A DNA stretch of 64,000 nucleotides. Source: Marsupella aquatica. Lineage: Eukaryota > Plantae > Marchantiophyta. Each line of letters begins with the position of its first letter. The first letter of the stretch is position 1. The stretch lies in contig OZ316891.1 in assembly GCA_973895155.1 (NCBI GenBank), positions 12,460,771 through 12,524,770 of the forward strand, read 5' to 3'. The translations under genes and the position numbers were made by a program. Below, piece by piece: positions 52,447 through 64,000 of this stretch. The notes under the pieces were generated by a model. It saw only the letters and a program-made list of their open reading frames with translations, did not search any database and was not told the DNA's origin.

Positions 52447-55400
52447 TCAGTATACACCGGGAATAATGGCATACCGAACTTTCGAACAGTACTGCTCCCA
52501 GTACTTTTGATACCTGCACAGCAATCACAAAATTGTCATTGATTTGAGGCTCCAGGCTACCTACATCCTCATGACCCCAAATTCATTCGATGCACTAGCA
52601 TCATGTTAGCATTATTCCCAAACGGACCTGCTCAGCTGGCCCACCTTCCCTTTTCAAGCATTTCCGAAACGGAACGTACGAGATATACACCAGAAGACTA
52701 TACTTACTTAGCTCGACATCTTTGGTCATCTCTTAACGCTCGATCGAACAGCAAGATTGTCAGGTACACAGTGTAGAAGTATGGCGAAAACTGTAAAACA
52801 CAAGTAACGCAAAAAACCATCGAGGCCGATTAGACACTATCAACATGAAACTTCTCTCGGCCCGTTTACGCTTCACCCACATGCTAATGTCAAGGGAAAT
52901 ACAGAGGACACATCTACACTTTGAGAGCTCAGAAGATTGAAATCTAATCGAACGAGCCACTCATACATAGTCTGCTTTGCTACATCAGTCTCCCGTGGAA
53001 CACTTACATTGTAAAATAGCGCTGGAAGACTCCAAAAGAATGATGCCAGAATTTCTGGTATGTAGTGAAAATGCCGTGCGACGCCCCACCTACAAATCGA
53101 AATTAACAAATTTTGGAACCAAAGAATCTGTTATCTTCCGCAAATAATCCTTTAGAGCCTGCAAAATCTGAAAATTGAAGGAAAAGTCTTCATAACGAAC
53201 ACAATGAAAGAAATAAAGCAATTACTCACCAGCCGGACGTAAGTAAGATACTCTGCTTTTGATCCCCACTTTCCGTGGTATAGTGAGCAGTTATCTGCCA
53301 CGAAACCAAAATGAGTTTGACAAAGCAGATGCATGTTTCACAAAAACTGATCATACGTAAATGATCCAACGTAATCCTGACACATGATCTTAATCCTGAT
53401 CCAGCGCAAAAGTCCTCTGAACACAAAGTCCCCGACACTAATATAAAGCGGTAACTCTACCTTCGACGGCACCCGGCCCCAGATTTTAGCTTTCCCTCCT
53501 GTTTGGCGGAAGAGCTGACGTTGATAATCACATTCATAATTGATGTATATGCAAATCAGCCCAGCAGCAGTAATTGAGAACGCTGCCTGCAAGAGATCGT
53601 TTATTGCATAATGGAAGGGAAATTAGCCATATGTTATGCATCGTGCCGTCAAATCATGCTACAGGTATTTATGTCAGATATGTTCCGTTCGTGAGGCGTG
53701 ATTAGCTATAACATGTGCAAACAGGTTTAAGTGTTCGTGCAGAAAGCCAATATGAACTCGAACTCAAAGAAACCACAATTGACCAGAACGTACCGGGAAG
53801 TGCAACTCAATGGGATGTTTCACCAAGTATAAGGCTGGAGATGTGTAAACACAAGGCAACCAAACCAAGCAGCCCCAGACAATGTAGAATCCAGCTGTGT
53901 ACATATGTGATGCCAAGGAGTTGAAGAACTTGCAACTGTCAGACATCAAGAGGAATGCAGCAGCAACTAATGCCTTGCCAAAGGTATAACATTTTGACAG
54001 TCCAAATGGATGACAACTGCATAATTTACTAGCAACAGACTAGTTTGGATTGAGTGAGTGAAATCCTGGAACTCAACGCACAAATAGGTAAAACACTACA
54101 CTTTTCAAATAGTTTACTGGAACTTTTCAAGGTCACGCGTGCCATCGACTAGAAATAGTGGAGACGACACAGGCGCTAGTCACGTTCCGACCCTGAGAAA
54201 AAATGCGAAAATGCTTCCCTCACCTCGCATTGACAGAGATGTAAAGTATGTGCTAAAATATGGCAGGTCTTACATACCGCGATCATGTGCTATGTCCATG
54301 GAGGACATATAGCCAGCCTCCCACCAGAAGAATTTCGCAATGTATACCAACATCAGGATAGAACTGACCAACAGGGAGTCGCTCAGTTTACCATACAACT
54401 CCACCTATATACAAGCTTCGTCAGATATGCTGCGCACTCCCCAAATTTGCCACTAAGGATCAAGGGAAAGCCAGTAAAAGCTCCTTACCCTCAGGTCAAA
54501 AACTAAGTTCAACGAATCGGTAGACACAACTCTACTAATACTCAGAACGATCACGACAAAGTTCTCCGACAAGAACTTCAAACCCAACGTTTCTGTGCCA
54601 CCCCATACATTTGACCGGTAACCAGCCGTAACTATTTATTGGAAACACCAAACTGGTCTTCACATACTGTAGATAGTGATCCTTTAAGGAGCCAAATCCA
54701 AAGGAGCCAAATCCAAAGGTGAAATGGGAGCCTTGCGAGAGAAACATCACGATAAGCGGTGGGGTGCAGGAAGCACCTGTTTGATACAGTACGTGAGCAC
54801 TAAGACTGCCCAAGACATCATCCCAAATCGGCAATTGGTGAATTGTTTAATATCAAACCACTTCCCAATACGCGGATATAGTTCCATTCCCTGCCACAAA
54901 TGCAACTCGCTCAATAAATACTTCGTGACCAATCTCACCGTGAATACTCACTCCTAAGGTGAGTTCGCTGGCCTCCCTCCGCAGGACAAAATAATCTAGG
55001 AAAAAGGAACAAAGAACTACAAAAATATATTTCCAAGTTTTATACCCAGTAAAAGTCGACTAAATAGTTCCCAGATGAACCTCCATCAGTAGACGACGGT
55101 GCCACGTGTCCCTGCAAAGAGATGAAAGAATTGTGAGGAATAGATAGTACTCAGAAAGGAGCAGCCATATCTTATTGACGACTATCATGAAACCGTAGCA
55201 TTTACCATGATAGTGTTTACAGAATGCTCAATTCAAATTGATTATGAAAGTGAGTAACTAGCATAGACCTGAGACGGCTAGACTACATTAGAGGTCCTCC
55301 GAAATACGACTGCACTACACCATGGTAAGATTACGACCAGGATCGATGCAGACCAAAATGAACCGCATCAATAAGATAACAACCAACCCTCCACTTCCAA

Positions 55401-56873
55401 TAACCCACATTCCATCCTGGTGGGCAAGTAACGACACTCACCTTCACAAAAAGAACTACGCAAAACAACATACTTCCATATATGGAAGTTGAAAACATCT
55501 CTCCGAGATGATCATAAACAATGCTTGGGTTGAATAAATTCTTCCTGTATGTTAAACGTTGCAGCCAGTCAGAATGAACACAACTGGGGCGGAAACTTCC
55601 ATCTCCAGAACGTCAATAAAACAGATTACGCAGCTGATTACTAACAGCAAAGAATCGAAACGAGAGGAGGAGGGGAATAAAAAAATGATTTTTTCATGCG
55701 ACGCCGGTGCGACGAGCTGCAGTACAACGTTCAAGACTGTTCCAAACTATCTATTCATGTCCAGGAAGCTTCAACTTCACGCGTTCATCATCAAATTGGA
55801 GTCCAAACAAGAACTTACGGAAGTGAGACATACAAGACATGGATAAATCCTTCAGCTATCGAGGAAACAGGGTCACGTGCCATCGCGAGAGTGGAACAGA
55901 AATGACTTACCTCCATAGTATATAGTACAGAGTTAACGTCACAACAAATGCTGTAAATCCATTCTTCTGCAAATGCGGAGGAAGATTTCATCAGTACGAT
56001 ACAGGTCAACATGTTGCTAACAAGTCCAATTCCACGGTTAATGGGCCCGATCGGAACTTTTGCACACCTTGTATACAGGACGATGTCCAGTTGGAGAGAG
56101 AGGGCCGTAGTATTGTTCACCGGGCAGAATTACTTGCAGTAAAGCCTCGAAGAAACCAAAACCCAGCATAAGCTTGGCAGCTATCAATGTTGGTCTTGGC
56201 CAAATAGAATAAAGTCCATTTAGGCCATGTTCTCGGAAAACTTTCCCCGTAGTAATGAAAGAACCATCTGACTCTGCAACGGTATACCATCTGCAATCGA
56301 AGACCATCGCGCTGTGAGAAATGCAAATTCACAGTAAAGAATGATCCGGTCGGCTGGCTTACACATTATTTGATGGAAGATGCCTGCAAGCCATTCATAT
56401 AGGTATATGTAGGCATACTTGGTACTGCCCGCCACATCAGGTCAAAAGACCTTTCAGGCATGTGTACATGAGCCTAAATATACCCCTGTTTCTAGGACGG
56501 AACATGGAGCCGACACATTTTGGACGTATGGTCTCCGCACGTTCTCGAGTGTGTTTCTATGTATTCGCAGAAGAGACTGCTCCGGCTTCCCATGGGTATT
56601 GAACAATTCAAAGTTCAGAAATTATAGGTGCAGAAAAATCAACCGATTCATCATGCTCACAGAACTGCATGAACACGAAAACTTCGAGTTTCGACTTCAA
56701 AAGCAAAAGGGAGGGGGGACTTACAGGGCAATGACGAACGGAGGACAAATGAGGAGAAAGAAGGTTATAGTAATATATGTTAATGCTGCTGAGTGAACAG
56801 TCGCAACCGGTCTAAACTCAGAGGCGCCATTCTCCTCCTTCGATAAAGTCGATGCACTCTTCGCCTTCCCCAT
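52447..56873 (-). CDS. DWF5: Sterol delta-7 (7-dehydrocholesterol) reductase; 13 coding exons: 56873-56725, 56290-56068, 55966-55911, 55544-55442, 55111-55046, 54890-54777, 54404-54278, 53894-53794, 53586-53461, 53294-53230, 53089-53008, 52790-52708, 52513-52447
   Basis: TVHS..CPPF, WPRPT, GMELYPRIGK.FDIK.FTNCRFGMMSW, MDIAHDRAGFY, LLTSGWWG.ARHFHY.PEI, DRA.RDD.RC..KY..YW..YC..V.Y.IIPGVY*. Every junction is GT-AG and phase-consistent. Confidence 0.96.
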
Positions 56874-58799
56874 GGATCTTCGAAGACCGCACTGATATGA
56901 TTAATCCACGATATACAGTTCTCCAAAGATTCTCTGGGACTGGAAGCAATGCAAGAAACCTACCGTGGTGAGAACAATTGAATGTGCATTGACGGAAGTA
57001 AATGCTACGCTAGCTCAAGTTCTAAGAAAGTTTCGGGTTTAGGGTAGGAAGACGCCAATCGGCATAAACTCTCAGCTCAAATTCCACACCGTATCTTCAC
57101 CAAACAAGATCAAGTCTTAGCTTGTGAACGGACGGTCCTTCGTTAAGGCCTGATTACTAGATACGTACCCAGTCTAAAATGCGATCATAGGAATACGACC
57201 ACGCACTACCTACGAGGTAACCATCGACAGACACAATCAACGAGAACTCACAAAGTCCAAAAATACCCCCCACAGCGACTACCAGAATCATCACCATGCT
57301 TGTCCTTCAGTACACATCATCCGGTGCGCATTACTTTCCCGCTGACATCTTGTGTAGCGTCCGCATAGATACGGAACAATAAATGAGCGGTACCTTCGCA
57401 TCGATACAAAACGTAGATCCCAACATTATCCGGATCATCCGCTTTATGCCAATCCCCGTTCTAACTAGCGCGAGTCTTACTCATCAGGTCATCACCTTGA
57501 GAAAGGCTGTGTGACTGGTCTCCGATTCTCGTTACGGTTCGAGAAATGCATCATCCCCTCGAAAGGCCAGACTTTCTATCGACGTTTTTAGACTACCGAA
57601 GCGCCCCTCAATATACAGCGACCAGGTTAAACGAGTTGCCATTTCATGACACCACAATGTTAAGACAATGGCCAGTCTGCTTAGATAGGCAAGTAGACGA
57701 ACTGGAGGATAGTCTACGTCTCTCAATGCTGCGCTCCGAGTCGAACAACAAAAAGATAGCAAGTGTTAGTGCATGCCTCCCTCAAATAGCAGGAGCAGTC
57801 CACAGCGTCGTAGTTGTCACAACATACACGTCTCACGCAATGTCCAATGCAGACAGCGATATCTATCATGACACAGGCCAAATGATCGCAGCAATCCACA
57901 CCAGGCGCAAACGCTCAGCGAGGATCTAGGGACGCTGCTGACGACCGACGACTGCTGACCAAAAAGGACGGCGTCGTCGTCCAAAACCGGTAAAGCTGAT
58001 CCCCAACATCACCAAAACGAAAGCAGGTACAAAAGTCGCCGTTGCATTGCCTTTCTTGGTTGGACAAAAGCACAACAAACACAAAACGCCACACAAACCA
58101 AACCAAACCAAATTAAGATTAAACCGAGAGCGAAACATCGGCTCACATACATTATTAATCACCGGCAGACGGCGGCAGGCCGACGTCGAGAATGCAGCAG
58201 CGCCACATTCATCGAGACATTCCACTCGCGAGTCGCGATCAGCACAGTTTTCTCAATTAATTACGAAAAGCACTCGCCCCTCCGCCGAATGCGCTCTTCG
58301 CCGAAACGAAATGCTGAAGCGAGCACTCACATTACGTCTAGTTGACATAGCCACATCCGTCCATCTTTCGCTTCGAGCAGTGCTCCGGCATCGTCTTCCT
58401 TCGTGCCTGGGCTTCTGAGCACGCATCCACAAGTACACAACAGCAACAACCGAATTATTATTACTTTCTGAACGGAAGGAGAGGAGATGCCACAGTACGT
58501 CAGTACCACACTCACAGGACCCTAGTACGGCCTATGGGTTCGGACCAGTGGTGTGGTGCCACATCGACAGCAGAGCACTTTTACAGGATGCGGTCCAGCA
58601 ATGCGCCTATCCTCTACAATCACCTGGTGATACCCTCACCAACAGTGCTGTGCTGCACCAGTGCACCACGATCTCAAACTCTGGGCAGGGCATACATTAA
58701 TTTGGGGAGGTGGTTTACAACATTTGGGGGCATTTGTGAGATTTTCCTTTTTGTCTTGAAAGTAAATAGTCAATATACAAACTTTTTTACTTTTTACTG

Positions 58800-60640
58800 A
58801 AAAGTACCAAACAGATTACAAAAGAACAAACAAAAGAGGGTCCAAGTGGACAAAACCAATAGCAAAAGAAACGAGCTAAAGAGAACCCCTAAAAACCAAG
58901 CAAGAGGAACTAAAACTAAGAAGTGAACAATAGGGAACCACTAAAACCAAGAAAGAGAAACTAAAACTAAGAAGTGAGCGATAAGGAACCCCTAAAAACC
59001 ATACAAGAGAAACTAAAACTAACCCAAACCGACCAAGGTCCTCATCGTTCCTAGCAAATGTGACAAAAAGCTAATGGTCCATATCAAGTGTCAAAACTAA
59101 ATGGGCAAGTGGGACTAGAACATCCTCTAGGGGAGCTAGCCGCTGTGGGGGCGCACTAGCACCCACTATAAGAGATTGACGATAGATGGCCCGAGCTTGA
59201 ACACATTGTAAGGTGACTGAAATATGTTGTCGAAAGTGCGTGGTCAAAATAGATAGCGGGGGTCCGGTGAAACCCATCCAGCCAAGAACATCTCGAGCAG
59301 CTTGTTGAAGAAGCCCATCAAACTGGTGATTAAGACGCCCGAATATCTCAAGAGCAAGGGGGAGGAAACTATCAGATGAAGCTCGTGTAGCATATTTGGC
59401 ATCCTTTATTGTTGTCGCTCATGATGTTGCTACCCCTGTTGTTGTTGTCGTTGTCCCAACGATGTTTTGGCGCAATGAGTTTGTCACCACTACATCTGCC
59501 AAAGTATGTTGACCCTCATGGACCATGGTAAGATCCACCTATAACCGTTGTGATGGAGGACCAAGTAACTCGAGCACCACTTCCCACCGCACGCAAACCA
59601 AAGAGCCAGAGAGAACCTGAGCAGTCGCATCTCTCACAGCATTGTGAACAATAATGATTTCACCTCCCAAATTGCACTAAAGAAGATGGACACCTGTGGC
59701 ATCACAAGGCTTTCCACAAGTGCAAGGAGGTAAACTTGCAAGAAGTGGGTGAGGCAACCTCATACAAAGACACATGGCTATCGAGAACTCTGCTAAAGAC
59801 ATCCATAGATAAGGAGTGACTGGATTGGCCTGAAGCCATCCTCCTGCGCCCTTCCTTCCCGAAGAAAGAATCTGAGCTTGGTCTGTGTCAGGTGCCTCAG
59901 AAAGGATGTTGGAGAGGGTGAAAGTGTGCATACGCCCAACAAGGTCGGCCTGAAGACGGATGGGGTCCAAGGATAGAACCTCCTAAAATGAAGGTAACGC
60001 TACACGGACAGGATCCGGTAATGATGACCGCGCCATGCACAAATGAACCTGAAATCGAAGGGAACCCTCCTCTACCTCCATGAGAGACAGAAGTAAAAAA
60101 GGTCGATCCTCAGTAAGGAAATGTTTGGCCAACAATGAGAAGGCAGTCGCCCAAAAAGGCCAAAGATGCAAGACGCTCAATGGAAATAAGCCCAAACCCA
60201 CCCTAAGAAATAGGAAGAGTGAGCTGCGGATGAAGCCACGGAGATGAGAGGAATGTACCCGGCCCTAAAAGAGAGGCCAAAATCTCATGAATGGAGACAT
60301 CAAAAGCTCGAAGGTGGAGACAAAGATCCTCAGTAGGGGGATGTGTCATAGCCAAATAAGACGCGCAAGGGTGGATGCATCTCAACAACATCCCACATGT
60401 TGCCTGAGAATCTACTAACTTAGGGAGCATAGGAGTAAGGGTTAAGGCAGCCTGTAGAACATCAGCGATGAAAGATGAGCAAAAGGAGACAGTACCGACT
60501 AGGGAGCCAAGGATCCGAAGACCATCGGCTGGACGTAAGAACCCACGGGGAAGCGCAAGATCAGAGGGTAACCCAGCTAGACTCCATGCTGACCCAACAA
60601 GTTTCAACCCAAACAAACTCCTGCGTGTCTCAATACAAGT
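58800..60640 (-). mobile_element. 5'-truncated, decayed non-LTR retrotransposon with restriction-like endonuclease (CRE/R2-group-like)
   Basis: Post-RT region DGLRILGSLVG; GAGGWL; CTCGKPCD..G.HLL*C zinc knuckle; HNAVRD; VDL..ADVVV; KDAKY; FLPLALEIFGR; RQHISVTLQ. Stops and frameshifts are present, and a repetitive 3' tail lies at about 58850-59020. Confidence 0.8.
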
Positions 60641-62915
60641 TGAAATTGGAGTAACACTTCCAAGACCAACTTTGTTTGAAGTCCCCAGAGTTTGTGCATT
60701 CAACTTTGCAAATTGCCATGGAGGCTTTGCAAAGTGTGAGCAAGAGAGCACATGTGTTATGTGTGGCTTTTTCATGATCTTTGGTCCATGCCAGCAGCAA
60801 CTGTGCAAGCTCTGTCTTTACCATTTCCTAAAGATTTGTTGTTCTTGTTTCAAGTTTTGATTTCCAGAAAATCTCTTTGAACAGTCTTTGTCCAAAGGGT
60901 GCAATCCTCACAGGAGTAGCTTTGAGCTTGCCATGAATGATTTGCTGCTTCTTGAATTCAAGACAAGTTGCTGCTACTTGACGCTACCTATTTCTTACTC
61001 AATTGTTGACTTGCAGATTTTGAGATTACATATTTCATTTTGGTTCAGCTAGTACCTAATTTTGTTATGGTTGGTAGTTTGGAATTCCAGCTCTTTGTCC
61101 AGTGGAATTTCAAATTTTGTTTTGGATGATATCAATTTGTTTAGCTAGTGAAGATTTCTGTTATGGTTGAGCTCGTGATGAATTTTGTTTCGGTTGAAAG
61201 TTCAAAATTATAGCTGAAAATTCAAAATCATGGGGGGGGACACAGTTACAAAGTTGTCCCCAATCTGGTAATCTAGTCTAAGACGATATCTCACTACACA
61301 TCACATGGAACCAACATAGAACCATAAATTGACACCAGCACAAAGATATGTGATATGTGGCATCCCCTCAGGGAATGTTTCTAGTAAGTATTCATTTAGA
61401 TATCATGATGTGTACTTTTCTCACTACACATCATGATATCATGATGATACTTTTCAAATATTCAGATACCATGATATTTTTCTTAACTAAATCTTTAACA
61501 CAAATACGCATTGACATCTTTCGCCAAATGATATCTTTTAGTAAACTACATCTTTTACACAATGACATAGTTTACTTCACGACATGTTTTGAGTAATTAC
61601 ATAATTTACTTAATGACATCTTTTGCGCAATAACATCTTTTACTTAACTACATCTGTAATACAACAACTTTTTTAAGCAACATCTTCTTTTGTGCATCGC
61701 AGGGTGATTGAACTCGCTATTCCATGAAATGATCTTTGCAATAATGAATGTACATGGGTGTCAGGCTTTGCACAGGAGCAAAACACCTTGTGGCGCCTAC
61801 GACAAACAATAATGCCCATGCTAGGATGACTAATGTCAAACAAACTTTGCAGTTATGTGAATCAATTCACCTTAGGTAGCACTTGGATATGTAATGTAAT
61901 ATAACTATTGTAGTAAGTAAGTCTGCAAGTGGGACATGGATGTCCCAAAGGGAAACAAATTCAAGTCATCTGGCAAAGTGGAACTAATTGTAGTAACTAG
62001 TTGATGTCTAAAGTACACTTATCAAGTTGCCAAAGAACAAAATGCACCTAGCCCCTACCTGCATGTCTGAATTTTATTTACGGACCCCACTAGAGGTCCC
62101 TTCCAAAATTCCTGGCACCACAGCATGCCATGTCAATAACAACCGCAACAAACAAGACTCGTTGGTTTTATGAATCAAACTTATAGTTTTCATTCGTGTT
62201 TGTGTCAATTTGGGTGTAAATTTTGGGATGCCGTGCAATAAACGAAAAGTAAAAACATTGGAAATGCAAAGAGCAAGACGGTTAAAACTGTCATTATGTA
62301 ACCGTTTTAGTTACATTTCCAATTTTAAAACTTAAATTCAAAGATTTATAAAAAGTATTTTTCATATAATAAATAATGACTAATAACTAACTTGATAACT
62401 TCCTTGTTAAACCGCAACTCCCGGTATGTAAAGACCTCTCGTATTGTACGGCCATTAATGTTGGGAAGAGCACATAGAAACCCAGGATCGGGGAGGAGGA
62501 ATGGCTGGAATCTTGAAAGTTCATCGAATTTTATACTCAAAACTATTTACTCATTCTCAAAACAAAAAATACCCAGTCGTATATCTCATTGAGATCTTTC
62601 TTTTGCACCCTAGATTGCCTTCTAACATGGATAAATAAGATTTCTAGAGGCAATACAAAATGGACGGCAAAGATCGTAAAATCAACAAAATCGATGGCTA
62701 GGAGCTTGGATTTGTTTAATTTTTCATTTGAAAAATATTAATCCATTTGCAAAACGGACAGAACCCATCCATAGATCTATTTGAGATCTTTCTTTTGAGC
62801 CATAGATTGGCCATTATGATGGACATAGGAGATTTCGGGAGTTAAGAAATGGAGACGGCTCAGATCGACTCTTCCCCCTGATCTTATTAGCCAAGGGGTC
62901 CACGAACTAATTCAT

Positions 62916-63290
62916 TATATTTATATATGGATAGTGCCAATATATGAAAGTGCCAAAGAACAAATTGATAGGATTCCAAAGTTCAGTAGACTCAATCAAA
63001 GAAAACACAAGAAACCAAATATATATCACACTGTCAAAAAGACACATAACGCCAAACCTGGAGACAAGATCCCAAAAGCAAAAGAACCCAATAAAGGGGG
63101 GAATATTTATTTATTTATATATGTATAGTGCCAGTATATGAAAGTGCGAAAGAACATGATCCCAAAGTCAGGAGACCCAATCAAAGGAAAACACAAGAAA
63201 CCAAATATATATCACATTGCCAAAAAGACAAGAACACCTAACACGGAGACAAGATACCAAAGACAAATAATCCAATAAAGGGGGGAAAGG
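62916..63290. repeat. Tandem duplication, about 190-bp unit
   Basis: tttatatatg(g/t)atagtgcca(a/g)tatatgaaagtgc...acacaagaaaccaaatatatatcaca...ggagacaagat..caaa..ccaataaagggggga occurs twice. Confidence 0.85.
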
Positions 63291-63564
63291 GAAAGACCCC
63301 AAGTCCCAAGAAGACCAAAGAGGCACAACAAGTCAAGGAGTATCCCACATAAACAAAAACAAAACAAAGAAGCAAACTAAAAACGGAAAGAACTCTAGAG
63401 TAAACTGAAAAGACAGGAATAACTCTAGAGTAAACCACATAGATAGGAGGATAGGGAGGGGAATTTGTCTAGAGACGCTAAAACCAGGGAGGGGAATTTG
63501 TCTAGAGATCTAAAACCGACCGACCGGACCAACCGCCTCGGCTCCACGGAGAAACCAAGGAGTG

Positions 63565-63690
63565 TGAATTCATGCAATCTTGGCAAATGGGGAACGAGTT
63601 GATCGAATCTGGGCAAAGGGGGGCATGAATTCGTGGAATCTGGCAAAGGGTGGACAAATTCGTCGAATCTGGCCATCTGGGCATGGATCT
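63565..63690. repeat. Degenerate minisatellite, about 30-bp unit (gaatctggcaaaggg)
   Basis: About 4 units; produces the repetitive RFDEFVHPLP-type ORF on the minus strand. Confidence 0.6.
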
Positions 63691-64000
63691 GGTATATAAT
63701 TTGTGTAGATTCCTTGGGATTCCTTAACCCAACCGTGTAGACTGGACTACTGGAGATCTCGCCGCGGAAGTCGCGGGCTCGGGATCCGGTCGTTGGTGCA
63801 GTTGACATGATTATTACGATAGTAATATTGATTTTATGGGGAGAGGCCCTGAATCCCGATTCTCCCGAATGAGGAGCGACTGGCTCGACGTCAAGCTTGT
63901 GGAGGAGGAACGCAAGAATTTTCTTAATTATCGGCTTTCCTTCGGCCGTATTCCAGCAATGAACAACACTTAGGCGTCAGCATTGACGGTCTGCTCGAGG

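Overview
Eukaryotic, intron-containing nuclear DNA from a land plant, most likely a bryophyte. A PLS-class PPR-DYW editing factor argues for a moss or non-Marchantiidae liverwort; the taxon is an inference. Seven host genes can be modelled by hand from protein motifs and GT-AG junctions: a subfamily-II bHLH factor (+), pyroglutamyl peptidase I (-), SNRNP27 (+), an RD21-like papain protease (+), a DJC73-like chloroplast J-protein (-), a PPR-DYW C-to-U editing factor (+) and the sterol delta-7 reductase DWF5 (-). Between them are TE relics: a MITE and a long-TIR element (both with 8-bp TSDs), a solo LTR with a 5-bp TSD, tRNA-derived SINE-like heads and a CRE-like non-LTR retrotransposon. The most notable region is a decayed island at about 12.9-21.4 kb. 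It holds a spliced, prokaryote-type N6A/N4C (amino) DNA-methyltransferase-like gene head-to-head with a spliced SNF2-RING-helicase gene, both pseudogenised and possibly cargo of an undescribed mobile element. Second is the PPR-DYW gene: it has young 303-bp motif duplications and an in-frame stop after its apparent targeting exon, and it is bracketed by an exact 37-bp direct repeat. All calls come from manual reading and recalled family motifs; no database search was run.
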